A stretch of 64,000 bases of DNA from contig CAVSKU010000005.1 in NCBI GenBank assembly GCA_963728625.1, forward strand, positions 576,797 through 640,796. The letters run 5' to 3'. Of the stretch, positions 1-10,012 are shown piece by piece. The notes under the pieces were generated by a model. It was not told the origin of the DNA, ran no database searches, and saw only the letters and a program-made list of their open reading frames with translations. The translations under genes were made by a program, and so were the position numbers. The DNA is from Pyrinomonadaceae bacterium (GTDB lineage: Bacteria; Acidobacteriota; Blastocatellia; Pyrinomonadales; Pyrinomonadaceae). Numbering within the stretch: the first letter of the stretch is position 1; the number at the start of each line of letters is the position of its first letter.

Positions 1-475
1 GCTCCGCCAAGACGCCGCCGTTTATGACGCGACATACAACATCTGTCTTGGAAGTGCTTTCGACGACTAATGCAATAGCGCCGTCGTCCAGCAAAAGGCG
101 AGTTCCGGGTTCCACAACGCGGGGAAGATCAGGATAGTTGGTGGCCACCTGGGATTCATTTCCGATAATGTCGCGCGTCGTTAGCGTAAACACGTCACCT
201 GTCTTCAACGTTACGGATTGCCCGTCTTTAAGTTGTCGGATACGAATCTTTGGGCCCGATAGGTCAACAAGTACCGACAAGGGCCGTTTCATTTCCTTTG
301 CCGCAGCGCGCGCACGCTTGACGATTTCGGTATGTTCGTCGCGCGTGCCATGTGACATGTTGATGCGCACGCCATTGGCGCCGGCGCCGATCAGCTTCTG
401 AATGACCTGCTGATCACTCGAAGCCGGGCCCAGGGTGACGAGAATCTTCGCTTTCCGTATCTCTTTCTTTGTCAT
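1..475 (-). CDS. pyk: pyruvate kinase, N-terminal portion (gene continues past window start)
   Basis: Own minus-strand translation from ATG at 475-473: MTKKEIRKAKILVTLGPASSDQQVIQKLIGAGANGVRINMSHGTRDEHTEIVKRARAAAKEMKRPLSVLVDLSGPKIRI..., the canonical pyruvate kinase N-terminus. It is absent from the ORF track because it is open at the window edge. Confidence 0.85.
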   Translation of the reverse strand, partial: MTKKEIRKAKILVTLGPASSDQQVIQKLIGAGANGVRINMSHGTRDEHTEIVKRARAAAKEMKRPLSVLVDLSGPKIRIRQLKDGQSVTLKTGDVFTLTTRDIIGNESQVATNYPDLPRVVEPGTRLLLDDGAIALVVESTSKTDVVCRVINGGVLAE

Positions 476-489
476 CTACTCAGTCTTCT

Positions 490-1098
490 TTAATGTGCCT
501 TGAGTTCTGTGCGTAGAACCGTTTCTAACTCCACGGCAGTCGACTTCTGATAGCCGATAAATCGTTTTACGAGCTGGCCGTCGCGTCCGAACACAAAAGT
601 TTGGGGAATGGTCTGATCATCCGAAAGAAAAAAGTCTGTCAGCGCCTTGTCGGGAAAACCAAGCGGATACTGAATCGCCAGCTCTTTTGCAAAGTCGCCC
701 ACCTTGACGCGGTCGTCAGGGCCGCCGACATTCAAACCAACGATCTGCAAACCTTTGTCGGCCCACTGCTGCTGCAACGCTTTCAGTTGCGGAATACTCT
801 CGCGACATGGGGCGCACCAGGTTGCATAAAAATCCAGAACCAGAATCTGCCCTCGATAATCTGCCATTCGCTTCCGCTCGCCAGTTGAAAGGGCCCATCC
901 CAAGTCCGCATCGGCTCGCAATGGAGGCATCGGAAATGTAGTGTTCGGTGGTCCGGAAAGCACCGGTGTCGCTTCGCTGTCCGGCTTTTCGGTTGTGCAG
1001 CAGGTCGCGACACACACGAGCACCAACACCGTGAGCGCCACCGTCACCCGAGGTGTTCTTGCAATGGTGAAATGTCCGAAGAAACTCAACTTTGACAT
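490..1098 (-). CDS. TlpA/ResA-like thiol:disulfide oxidoreductase (thioredoxin fold)
   Basis: 202 aa ORF with an N-terminal hydrophobic anchor, a WCAPC active-site motif and a thioredoxin-like C-terminal half. Confidence 0.85.
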   Translation of the reverse strand: MSKLSFFGHFTIARTPRVTVALTVLVLVCVATCCTTEKPDSEATPVLSGPPNTTFPMPPLRADADLGWALSTGERKRMADYRGQILVLDFYATWCAPCRESIPQLKALQQQWADKGLQIVGLNVGGPDDRVKVGDFAKELAIQYPLGFPDKALTDFFLSDDQTIPQTFVFGRDGQLVKRFIGYQKSTAVELETVLRTELKAH

Positions 1099-1174
1099 TC
1101 TACACGTACCAGAGCTTTTGATTACAACACCCCGGTATCATCAGTTGCTTAACTAAGAATCGACTTGGCGAGCG

Positions 1175-1204
1175 TTTACTTATGCCTGCGTCACGATTTA
1201 CGAT
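1175..1204 (+). promoter_or_regulatory. candidate sigma70-like promoter TTTACT-N18-TACGAT, predicting a leaderless mRNA for the 1211 gene
   Basis: The last T of the TACGAT -10-like hexamer (1199-1204) lies 7 nt before the A of the ATG at 1211. There is no Shine-Dalgarno in between. The same TTTACGAT box recurs upstream of the genes at 57413 and 61250. Confidence 0.3.
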
Positions 1205-1210
1205 TCCAGC

Positions 1211-1867
1211 ATGGACTTTTCGAAAACGGAACGAACGACGCTCAAACGCTTACCTAAACGCGGGAACTACGATCGCGAAATCATCTACGCAATCCTTGAT
1301 GAAGGCTTCATTTGCCATGTCGGCTTCTCGGTTGACGGCAGGCCGGTGGTGATCCCGACCGGCTACGCACGGGTGGATGATCAGTTGCTCATTCACGGCT
1401 CGCAGGCAAGTCCGATGCTTAGGAATCTCGCGCAGGGAATCGACGTTTGTGTGACCGTAACCCTACTCGATGGCCTGGTGATGGCCCGTTCAGCTTTTCA
1501 TCATTCGATGAACTATCGCTCAGTCGTGATATTCGGTCGCGCTTCGGCGGTTGATGACAAAGAAGCGAAGTTAGCAGCGCTGCTCGCATTTTCGGAACAC
1601 ATGGTGCCCGGCCGCTGGCAGGAGGTTCGCGAACCCAGTGACCAGGAACTCGAAGCTACTACCGTTTTGGCCCTACCTCTCACGGAGGCTTCCGCCAAGA
1701 TTCGCACCGGACCTCCACTTGACGACGAGGCCGATTACGAGATGAGCGTTTGGGCTGGTGTTATCCCACTTGGGTTGGTTGCAGGTCAGCCGATCAACGA
1801 CCCTCGTCTGGCTGAAGCCGTTAAGCCATCTGCCTACCTAATTAACTACAAACGAGGACACATTTGA
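1211..1867 (+). CDS. pyridoxamine 5'-phosphate oxidase family (FMN-binding split-barrel) protein
   Basis: 218 aa. The pattern RGNYDREIIYAILDEGFICHVGF...PVVIPTGYARVDDQLLIHGS is typical of PNPOx-like flavin-nucleotide-binding proteins. Confidence 0.75.
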   Translation: MDFSKTERTTLKRLPKRGNYDREIIYAILDEGFICHVGFSVDGRPVVIPTGYARVDDQLLIHGSQASPMLRNLAQGIDVCVTVTLLDGLVMARSAFHHSMNYRSVVIFGRASAVDDKEAKLAALLAFSEHMVPGRWQEVREPSDQELEATTVLALPLTEASAKIRTGPPLDDEADYEMSVWAGVIPLGLVAGQPINDPRLAEAVKPSAYLINYKRGHI

Positions 1868-2454
1868 CTCCTACGCCCGGCGACCAGCGGAGTCTGGCAA
1901 AAAGACTTTGGCCAGCCTTTGTGATCCTCGCCTTGTTTGCAATCACCGCGCTGCTGCTGCGGCTCGAGGGACGTCTGTGGTTCTGCTCGTGCGGCCATAT
2001 TTTGCTCTGGTCGGGAAACACGTGCAGTTCTGATAACTCTCAACACTTCCTGGATCCTTATGCCTTCACACATATCCTCCATGGATTTCTCTTTTTTTGG
2101 TTAGTTGCCTGGCTTGCGCCTCGCTGGCGCGCAAGCTGGCAACTCGTTTTGGCTCTTGCCGCCGAGTCGTTCTGGGAAGTTTTCGAGAATACGGAATTCG
2201 TTATCAACCGCTATCGCTCGGAAACCGCGGCGTTAGGCTATAACGGCGACACTGTCGTCAATTCGCTCGGAGACATTCTTTGTTGCTTGGTGGGTTTTGC
2301 GATCGCGCGACGTTTAGGTTTCCGCCGTTCCTTAATCGTGTTCCTCGCGATTGAGCTGGTCTTAATTATTTGGATTAAAGACAGCCTGGTGCTTCAAATT
2401 CTCATGCTGATATATCCAATCGATTTCATTAAATCGTGGCAAATGTGTAGATAG
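1864..2454 (+). CDS. DUF2585 / UPF0314 family membrane protein
   Basis: 196 aa. The CSCG...LWSG...SSDNSQHFLDPYAFTHILHGFLFFW pattern plus four hydrophobic helices matches the UPF0314 family as I recall it. The TTG start overlaps the upstream stop (TTGA). Confidence 0.7.
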   Translation: MTPTPGDQRSLAKRLWPAFVILALFAITALLLRLEGRLWFCSCGHILLWSGNTCSSDNSQHFLDPYAFTHILHGFLFFWLVAWLAPRWRASWQLVLALAAESFWEVFENTEFVINRYRSETAALGYNGDTVVNSLGDILCCLVGFAIARRLGFRRSLIVFLAIELVLIIWIKDSLVLQILMLIYPIDFIKSWQMCR

Positions 2455-2572
2455 CTGATTCGCGTGCCTTGAAGGAAACGCTAAAAAAAGAGCTTGGTGG
2501 CTATCGGTGTCCTGCCTCGGTGGCGTTAACTGTTTAATGCCCGCGGTTTTGCTGTAGCATAACGCGAACGTA

Positions 2573-4663
2573 ATGACCGAATTAGACCCATATCTCGGCA
2601 AAATACTTGATGAAAAATACCGCCTCGAGCGACTGCTCGGTCGCGGCGGAATGGGCGCCGTTTACCTCGCCACTCACCTCGGAACGGAGCGTTATGTTGC
2701 GCTCAAGCTGATCACGCCCCAGTTCATGGGCAATCAGGAATTCGTCGCCCGGTTTAAGCGAGAAGCGCGCGCGGCAGGTCGCCTGCGTCACCCGAATGTG
2801 GTGGACGTAACAGATTTCGGGTTTGCACATCCGGGCGGCGAAGCGGTCGCTTACCTGGTAATGGAATATCTCGATGGCTGCACATTGGCTGACGTTCTGG
2901 CGGAGGAGGATCGACTACCGCTGGAGTGGGTCGTGGACATACTGGAGCAGGTTTGTTCCGCGGTCCAGGAAGCTCATCAGCAGGGTGTGGTTCATCGAGA
3001 TCTAAAGCCGGAAAACATCTGGCTGGAACCAAACCGGTTGGGTGGATATCGCGTCAAGGTGTTGGATTTTGGCATCGCTAAACTGGCCGAAGTGGACGCA
3101 GCGCCCACTGCTGACTTTTCCCAATCCAATCCAGGCATCAGCGCAAACTCGGAAAACGTTACTTTGCGAGCTGCTAGTCTTAACAGCGCTCAATCAAACG
3201 CTGAGGGAGAGTCAGAGACCCTGATCTTTTCCTCGGCTGCTGGAGAGCAAACTGCGGTAGCCGGTTCGAAAGAAACCGCGATCAATGCATTTAATAAAGA
3301 CGCCGGAACACGATTGTTCGGCGAAGTGGCAAGCACGAGTCCTGACCTGGATCCTGGTCTAACGGGCGCGGGCGTGGATGAAGATAGAACTTTGATGCTC
3401 GACCAGCGACGAACCGCAGTCGCTCAGGCCACTGATTTTCAGTCTGACACAGCTCGCGGTACCAAGCTGACTCGCGTCGGCGCGATTATGGGAACACCCG
3501 TTTACATGTCGCCTGAACAATGCGCAGCCAAGGTGCTTGACGCACGCTCAGATGTTTATAGCCTCGGTGTCATTGCTTACCAGATGCTCGCGGGCGCGCC
3601 ACCTTTCGCCGGCCCAACCGGCAGCATTATGCGGGATCACATGAAGGCTGACCCGCCGCTGTTGCGCGAACGGAACAAGAAGGTCCCCAAACGGGTTGCA
3701 CAGGTTGTGATGTCCGCCCTGGCAAAAGATCCATCGCATCGTCCGCAGACCGCGGCTGCATTTGCCAGTTCTTTACGGGCCCATGCGGAAGGAATTGGAT
3801 CACTCTACCGTAGAGCATTTGCGCTTTATAGCGAGTACTTTCCTAAGTTTCTAAAGCTGTCGTTAATCGCGCACGTTCCGGCGATTGTCACCACTGTCGG
3901 GTTGGTGCTTCTTCAAATCGCAGAAAGATCTTATGAGGGATTGAGCGTTACGCGCATATCGATAATTGCGGGACTGGCAATTTTCGGGCTGCTGCACGTA
4001 GTGGCTCAGTTCGTCGCCGCTGCATCCATTTCGGGCATGACCGCAATCATTGTCACTCAATTGACAGCCGCGCCGCTGCGGCCCGTTGAGTTGCGTGTCG
4101 CATTCGCTGTCTTGAAAAAGCGTTGGCGTCCATTCCTCAATACAGCCATTCGCGTGACTCTCCGGATTATCATTGGTTTCATTCTGTTTGTGATCCCTGG
4201 GATTGTTATGACGATCCGATATGCGCTGTACGCTCCGGTAGTTTTGATAGAAGGTTTAGAAAAGAAGGCGGCCAGACTTCGAGCCCGGCAATTAGCCTCA
4301 CGCTCCTGGCGCACGGTAATTATCGTCTCTCTTTTACAGCTTTTGCTCCCAATAATAATCAGCATTCTGATCGGACGCTTATCCGTAAACGTCAACCGGA
4401 CTACGAGTCCGACCCGGGGCGTCTCGGTGCAGCAGATTGCGCAACAGCTATCGAGTTTAATAAACATCTTAATAGTTCCCTTGATGTCCATTGTGCCCGC
4501 GCTGCTTTACTTGAAGATGCGACAGTTGGGAGGCGAGACTCTGAGCGACGCGCTGAAGCAGATTGAAGCAGTCGAGGATGATCCGAGTGAATGGCAACAA
4601 CGAATGCGCACCCGTCTTAGCTTGCACACGCCCCGCAGTAGGAGCGCCAGCGACTCAGGTTAA
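2573..4663 (+). CDS. Ser/Thr protein kinase with polytopic membrane C-terminal domain
   Basis: Hanks kinase motifs are present: GRGGMGAVY, VALK, HRDLKPENI, DFG, SPEQ. A low-complexity linker is followed by several hydrophobic helices. Confidence 0.9.
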   Translation: MTELDPYLGKILDEKYRLERLLGRGGMGAVYLATHLGTERYVALKLITPQFMGNQEFVARFKREARAAGRLRHPNVVDVTDFGFAHPGGEAVAYLVMEYLDGCTLADVLAEEDRLPLEWVVDILEQVCSAVQEAHQQGVVHRDLKPENIWLEPNRLGGYRVKVLDFGIAKLAEVDAAPTADFSQSNPGISANSENVTLRAASLNSAQSNAEGESETLIFSSAAGEQTAVAGSKETAINAFNKDAGTRLFGEVASTSPDLDPGLTGAGVDEDRTLMLDQRRTAVAQATDFQSDTARGTKLTRVGAIMGTPVYMSPEQCAAKVLDARSDVYSLGVIAYQMLAGAPPFAGPTGSIMRDHMKADPPLLRERNKKVPKRVAQVVMSALAKDPSHRPQTAAAFASSLRAHAEGIGSLYRRAFALYSEYFPKFLKLSLIAHVPAIVTTVGLVLLQIAERSYEGLSVTRISIIAGLAIFGLLHVVAQFVAAASISGMTAIIVTQLTAAPLRPVELRVAFAVLKKRWRPFLNTAIRVTLRIIIGFILFVIPGIVMTIRYALYAPVVLIEGLEKKAARLRARQLASRSWRTVIIVSLLQLLLPIIISILIGRLSVNVNRTTSPTRGVSVQQIAQQLSSLINILIVPLMSIVPALLYLKMRQLGGETLSDALKQIEAVEDDPSEWQQRMRTRLSLHTPRSRSASDSG

Positions 4664-4680
4664 GAAACAACGGAGAGTTC

Positions 4681-5219
4681 GTGCAATTCAAATATCAATT
4701 AACAAGCTTGATGCTGGTACTGGTTGCCGGCGCAGTTTTATCTATACTGGTTGGTTGTGCTCCTGCATCCACCAGTACCTCTGTCCGGAACGCTCCGACA
4801 ACCTCTCCCACGCCGCCACCTCTCACCCCCGCGGATCTGGTGAAGCTTCGTTGGATCGAAGGATCCTGGCGCGGGACGGGGGACGTGGAGAAGCCTTTTT
4901 ACGAGCGCTATCGTTTTGAGAACGACACAACCCTGGCAGTCGACGGTTTCGACGATGAAAAGTTAAGCAAAGTCACCGACACTACGCGCTTCGAATTAAA
5001 AGACGGGCGCTTTGGAAACGGTGGGGATGGTGCACGTTGGGTCGCTACAGCACTGGACGACTTTTTGAGCCTGTCACCAAAGCTCGCAATACATTCAGTT
5101 GGAAAAAGGAATCCGCCGACGTTTGGAAGGCTGTCTTGGACTGGCCGCCGACCGACAAGGCTGCAGCGCGTCAGCGCATCTACAAGATGGAGCGCTGGCC
5201 ACCACCGAAGAAAAATTGA
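4681..5219 (+). pseudogene. lipoprotein gene with apparent 1-nt frameshift in a T5 run (5062-5066)
   Basis: GTG start with GGAG 6 nt upstream and a lipobox LVGC. After ...GARWVATALDD the protein-like reading (FEPVTKARNTFSWKKESADVWKAVLDWPPTD...) continues in the frame of ORF 5037..5219. The original frame becomes Arg-rich junk. Confidence 0.55.
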
Positions 5220-5365
5220 AAGACGGGCACGGTAAACCCAAGCTCCGCTTCCGGCTTCAAACAGAGCGTCACCAATCTCCCCGCTTAGCTCATGAACTAG
5301 CGCAAGTTCACGTCTGAACTTCGTTCCAGACTTGTCTTTGGTACGATCCGAAAGGGGAGAGACCT

Positions 5366-7132
5366 ATGTCCCTGGCAAATGCTCGCCTGCTGCTCACAGT
5401 ACTTTTATTAACCTTGCCATCACTCGCAGCCGGCCAGGAGCCCGCTCCAGCGCCAACTGAAGATACGGCTATGACGAAGCACGCCTTTGAGTTGCTTGAC
5501 CTCGTGGCTGAAAACGTGAGCAGCCTGCGCAGCCTTGATAACCGAGTCTACGTCGCTTCGACCCTTGCGGATCTTCTCTGGACCAGGGACGAAAAACGGG
5601 CGCGCGGTTTATTCGATACCGTGACAAAAGAAATGGTCGCGGCGCTCTCTGAACTGGAAGAAACGCGCGAACAACAACCTGAGCACAGAATGTCGGCGTT
5701 TCAGCAGCAGCGGCGTGAGCTGCTCGAGTTGTTGGCTCAACGGGATCCGCAAATGGCGCTGTCGTTCCTGCGTGCCACTCGTTTGCCGGCTAACTCTGAA
5801 CATCGCTCTGGCGACTTCTATGAGAACGAGACAAACCTCGAGATCCATCTCGCCGGTCTGGTTGCCTCTCGGGATCCGCAGCAGGCAATGGAGATGGCTC
5901 GATCGATATTGCAAAAAAGAGTGGCTTCGCAACTGACCGCGCTGCTGTTCCAAATAGCTGCGAAAGATCAAGATGCGGCGCGCATTCTTCACAAAGAAAT
6001 CGTAGCGCGGATCAAGAGTGAAGATCTTTCAACCAACCACGCCGCCGCCAATGCCGGTTGGAACTTGTTGGTGTCCTTCCCTCCGCCTCAGGCTGACGAA
6101 GTCGCCTACCGTGAGTTATTAGAGTCTCTTACCAGCCACTTTCGCGCGAGCTCCTCAAACACAGACCCACGTCGATCGTACGTGCAGAATTTTCAACATC
6201 TGCTCAATTCTGCGATGCCCCAGATCGAGAAATATGCGCCTGCAAGAGTTTCAGCTTTGCGGCAATTGATACAGACTACCCAACAGCACACAGATCCCAG
6301 CGTCAGGCTGCATCAACAACTCAGCGAACTAACTCAAAAAGGTACCGTCGATGATTTACTTACGATGGCCAGCCGGCAGTCCCCAGACTTTCAACTCCAA
6401 ATCTATCAACAGGCGATGTGGAAGGCGCTTAACAGCGGCGACGAAGCTCGCGCTCGGCAGATAGCCAGTGAGCTGATTACCGATCCCAGGCAGCGGCGGC
6501 AGATGCTTGAACAAATAGACAGTCACTTACTTTGGAAAGTGATTGGCGAAAACAAGACTGCCGAGGCGCGGCAACTATTGAGCAAGTCCCGGAACATTGA
6601 ACACCGGTTACAGGTGTTGGTGAATTTGGCTGCAGCGGCGGGCAGCCGCGGTGATAAATCGCTGGCGCTTGAGTTGCTCGCGGAGGCGAGAGCGTTAATC
6701 GAAAATCTACCTGCCAACCTCTCGAAGCTAAACGGCCAACTCCAAGTGGCGCAGGGCTACTCCACTTTGGATACCGATCAATGCAGCGCGCTCATCCAGC
6801 CAATCATTGCATTAGTAAATCAATACGTTTCGGCAGCAGTCGTGCTGGACGGAATAGAAAAGCGTTACTTGCAGGACGGTGAGTGGACCAAAAGAAGTTA
6901 TAGCGGCCTGGGAAATCTCGTGAGCAACCTGCAACAGAATCTTAGTTTTCTCGCGCGTCAGGATCCGGCAAAAGCGCGGCTACTTGCGACCGAATTCGAA
7001 CGGCCGGAAATTAGGATCATTTCCCAACTGGAAATCGCGCGGGCTCTATTAGGGGGTCAGCACATGCCGCTTCCAGCAGGTAGACGCGGAATTCGCGATT
7101 ACTTTAGACGAGGTCGGGGAGTTACGCGTTAA
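5366..7132 (+). CDS. secreted all-alpha repeat protein, function unknown
   Basis: 588 aa with a GGAGAG RBS and a signal peptide (LLLTLPSLAAGQ). The composition is helical and Leu/Gln/Arg-rich. I recognise no catalytic motif. Confidence 0.7.
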   Translation: MSLANARLLLTVLLLTLPSLAAGQEPAPAPTEDTAMTKHAFELLDLVAENVSSLRSLDNRVYVASTLADLLWTRDEKRARGLFDTVTKEMVAALSELEETREQQPEHRMSAFQQQRRELLELLAQRDPQMALSFLRATRLPANSEHRSGDFYENETNLEIHLAGLVASRDPQQAMEMARSILQKRVASQLTALLFQIAAKDQDAARILHKEIVARIKSEDLSTNHAAANAGWNLLVSFPPPQADEVAYRELLESLTSHFRASSSNTDPRRSYVQNFQHLLNSAMPQIEKYAPARVSALRQLIQTTQQHTDPSVRLHQQLSELTQKGTVDDLLTMASRQSPDFQLQIYQQAMWKALNSGDEARARQIASELITDPRQRRQMLEQIDSHLLWKVIGENKTAEARQLLSKSRNIEHRLQVLVNLAAAAGSRGDKSLALELLAEARALIENLPANLSKLNGQLQVAQGYSTLDTDQCSALIQPIIALVNQYVSAAVVLDGIEKRYLQDGEWTKRSYSGLGNLVSNLQQNLSFLARQDPAKARLLATEFERPEIRIISQLEIARALLGGQHMPLPAGRRGIRDYFRRGRGVTR

Positions 7133-7650
7133 AGGTAGCGTTGCTGAAGAATGTTAGCGTGATGAGCAACATGGCCCGCAACTATGTAGGCCAACGCTCG
7201 AACAGTGAAAGGGTTATCGCTGGCGATACCACTCCTGAGCCAGGCCTCCTCAGGTAGGTTTTTAAAGAGGGTTAGTGAAGCCTGCCGCACGTTCCGAAAG
7301 TCTTCGATATGCTCGGCCCAGGAGATGTCGTCGGCACGCGCTCCTTGAACGCCCACGTTTTGATCATAACTGGGCAGTGGCTCTGAAAATCCACGCGCGA
7401 ACCACATCGCGCGAAACGCAAACACGCGTTCTGCATCGTTGACGTGATTGAGAAGCTCTCGGATAGACCACTTATCTGAGGCATAGCGATGCAGAGACTT
7501 TTCTTCAGAAATCCCGGATAAGAGCGACGAAACTTCGTCGAGTTGGGTTTCAAGGTATCTGACGATATCGTCACTCGACACCAAATCAGTGTAAGTGGAG
7601 TAGTACGGCGCGGCCTCTCCGGCTTCAGGACGTCCCAACATATCATTCAA
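7129..7650 (-). CDS. DinB-family (DinB_2) metal-dependent protein
   Basis: 173 aa with a four-helix DinB-like His pattern (LLNHVNDAERVF ... VAGHVAHHANIL). An ATGA overlap couples it to the upstream gene. Confidence 0.8.
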   Translation of the reverse strand: MNDMLGRPEAGEAAPYYSTYTDLVSSDDIVRYLETQLDEVSSLLSGISEEKSLHRYASDKWSIRELLNHVNDAERVFAFRAMWFARGFSEPLPSYDQNVGVQGARADDISWAEHIEDFRNVRQASLTLFKNLPEEAWLRSGIASDNPFTVRALAYIVAGHVAHHANILQQRYL

Positions 7651-8705
7651 CCCGATTCTGAATTAGGGACGGTTGTTTGGATGGGTTGGTTGACTCTACT
7701 GGGGGCCTTCCCGTTCGAACCCTGGCCATCTCCAAGAATAGTTGCGATTAGTTTGCGAATGTTTTCCGCTCCCGCCGCCACCTCACTGCCGATGCGTCCA
7801 TCCGGAGTCACTATAACCCCGGTCGGCGTATACATCGCACGATACTGCTCGGCGACTTCTCGCTTCTCCTGTAACAGAACTTCACCCAACCCGTTTTTTG
7901 CTACATTCACAAAGTTGTCCTTGATTGTGCCAACCGTGACGATAGCGATTGTTAGGTAATCGTCGTGTTCTTGCTGCCACTCCTTCATTTCCTTAAAGAG
8001 TGTAACGCACGGCCCGCACTTAGGATTTGTAAACACTAACAGCACTGGCTTGCCATGTTCCATCAGCTGATCCAGCGACTTCCGGCCGCCTTCATAAGCC
8101 GGCAGGTCAAACGGAGGCGCAACGGAACCGAGGGGCAATGCCATGGTCTCGGCTTCTGTTTGCGCGGCATTGCGTTTCGTCTTCCTTTGCCAGTAGATCG
8201 AAGCCGCGGCCGCGCCGACGAAAACCAGAATCAGCAGAACCAGTTGGATCCCACTTAGCGCCGCCAGCGCATCTTGGATGGTAGTTATGATTTCCGGATT
8301 GGACTCTGGCCGTCCCGGCCAAAGCACAACTGTCGCCGCTAGCGCGAATAAAACGTTGCGCGCGATCGTGGTCCAACCGATGGGCCGTGAATGTAGTTGG
8401 CCAAAGCAATGACAGTCGTGTGTGCGCCCTTGTGCAAGATTGAGGCTGATCGCCAGGATGAAAACTCCCAAAAGCATCAGGGCAGCGAGCGCACTCCACC
8501 AGGCCGTGGCATTGAAGAGTAATCCCAGCGCGATCGTTAACTCCAGCAGCGGCAGAGCGAAGCTGAGGGCCGGAACCAAAGCACTGGGTGAGCCAAAGTT
8601 GGCTACCGCCTCGCGTGTGCTTTTTAAGTCCAGCAGTTTGGTAACACCGGCAGCGCCGAAGACAATGGCAAGGGCGAAGCGCAGGAGAGCAATTAGCAGC
8701 AGCAT
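7647..8705 (-). CDS. MauE/DoxX-like membrane domain fused to thioredoxin-like (CGPC) domain
   Basis: 352 aa. The N-terminal half has four or more TM helices in the MauE style. The C-terminal TlpA-like domain carries the motif NPKCGPC. Confidence 0.8.
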   Translation of the reverse strand: MLLLIALLRFALAIVFGAAGVTKLLDLKSTREAVANFGSPSALVPALSFALPLLELTIALGLLFNATAWWSALAALMLLGVFILAISLNLAQGRTHDCHCFGQLHSRPIGWTTIARNVLFALAATVVLWPGRPESNPEIITTIQDALAALSGIQLVLLILVFVGAAAASIYWQRKTKRNAAQTEAETMALPLGSVAPPFDLPAYEGGRKSLDQLMEHGKPVLLVFTNPKCGPCVTLFKEMKEWQQEHDDYLTIAIVTVGTIKDNFVNVAKNGLGEVLLQEKREVAEQYRAMYTPTGVIVTPDGRIGSEVAAGAENIRKLIATILGDGQGSNGKAPSRVNQPIQTTVPNSESG

Positions 8706-8893
8706 TTCAGATCGTTAAGCGAGCCTTAATGAAACAAGCTGTATTTAGTTTATCGCATTCCGGGATACCGGCGTAAGCAGGCAATTGAGCAGACGACGCC
8801 AAAAATGGGGAACCTGACCGGCAAGCTGGCCGTTTCTTCTTGTGGAAGGTCTACGGCTTCACTATTCTTCGCAGGTGAAAGGATAGGTGATTT

Positions 8894-9340
8894 ATGTACT
8901 GTGCAGCCTGCGGGACGCCGGTGGCGCCCGGCCTAAGCTACTGTAACCGTTGCGGAGCCAGTCAGAAGGAGCGCAGCCACACAAAAGCGAAAGCTATTCC
9001 GGCGTTTCTAACAGCTATTACGTTGATAGGAATAATCGGGCTCGGAATAATGCTGGGAGGTGCACTTACTTTAAAACGCGATGCCAACTTTGGAGAAGAC
9101 ATCGTTGGTCTCTTCATGTTCTTTACTTTCTTAATCGTAGCGACGACGGAGATTCTTTTAGTGAGACAGCTATCGCGGCTTACCAGTTCCACTGAGCCGA
9201 AACCCTTGAACGCTTCGCCGCACTATGTGCCAAACGAGCTTCGCCCGGCGCAACCGCGGTCGCTGGCTGAACCCATCCCGAGTGTTACGGAAAATACTAC
9301 TCGCACACTCGAATACTCCCATAATGAACCCCAGACTTGA
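8894..9340 (+). CDS. zinc-ribbon membrane protein
   Basis: 148 aa. The N-terminal CxxC...CxxC (MYCAACG...YCNRCG) is followed by two TM helices. Confidence 0.65.
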   Translation: MYCAACGTPVAPGLSYCNRCGASQKERSHTKAKAIPAFLTAITLIGIIGLGIMLGGALTLKRDANFGEDIVGLFMFFTFLIVATTEILLVRQLSRLTSSTEPKPLNASPHYVPNELRPAQPRSLAEPIPSVTENTTRTLEYSHNEPQT

Positions 9341-9349
9341 GGTGTTGAT

Positions 9350-10012
9350 ATGCGAAAGCTGATTGTATTACTGGCCCTGACGGTGGTCTCATTCGGTTGC
9401 CACCATGGAACGATGAATCAAGTCAGCGGTTCTGGTAACCGCCAAAAACAGAAACGCGAGGTGCCGGCTTTCACGTCCATCTCCACCGAGGGCGCATTTG
9501 AAATAGATGTTGTAAGCCAAAAAGCCCTGAGCCTGGAAATCGAAGGCGATGACAATATCCTGCCGCTGGTGAGCACGGAAGTCTCCAATAATGTTCTCCA
9601 CGTGAAAAGTTCTCGCAGTTACTCGGTATCAGAGCCGGTAACGTTGAAAATTTCTGTCCCCAATCTCGAAGCCATCTCGGTTTCAGGGGCAGGGAGGATT
9701 GAAGTCTCGGGTCTGAAAAACGATAAGTTTGAAATTGACGTCAACGGTGCGCCTTCGCTCGTGGTTGGCGGCGAGACTAAATTCGTAGATATCGATACCA
9801 ACGGTGCTGGGAAGATTGATACACATAGATTGCGGACCGCACGCGCGCGCGTCGAGTCGAAGGGGGTTTCAAAAGTTTCGGTTCACGCCGGCGAGCAACT
9901 CGACGTGACCGTTTCCGGACCTTCACATGTCACCTACACAGGCGATCCCGCAGTCAACAAGACGGTCAATGGACCAGGAAGTGTTCAGAAGAAAGTGTCT
10001 GAAGGAAGCTGA
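9350..10012 (+). CDS. DUF2807 (head GIN domain) lipoprotein
   Basis: 220 aa with a lipobox-like SFGC. The beta-rich repeats (FEIDV...LSLEIEGDDNILPLV...VLHVKS) are typical of DUF2807. Confidence 0.75.
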   Translation: MRKLIVLLALTVVSFGCHHGTMNQVSGSGNRQKQKREVPAFTSISTEGAFEIDVVSQKALSLEIEGDDNILPLVSTEVSNNVLHVKSSRSYSVSEPVTLKISVPNLEAISVSGAGRIEVSGLKNDKFEIDVNGAPSLVVGGETKFVDIDTNGAGKIDTHRLRTARARVESKGVSKVSVHAGEQLDVTVSGPSHVTYTGDPAVNKTVNGPGSVQKKVSEGS

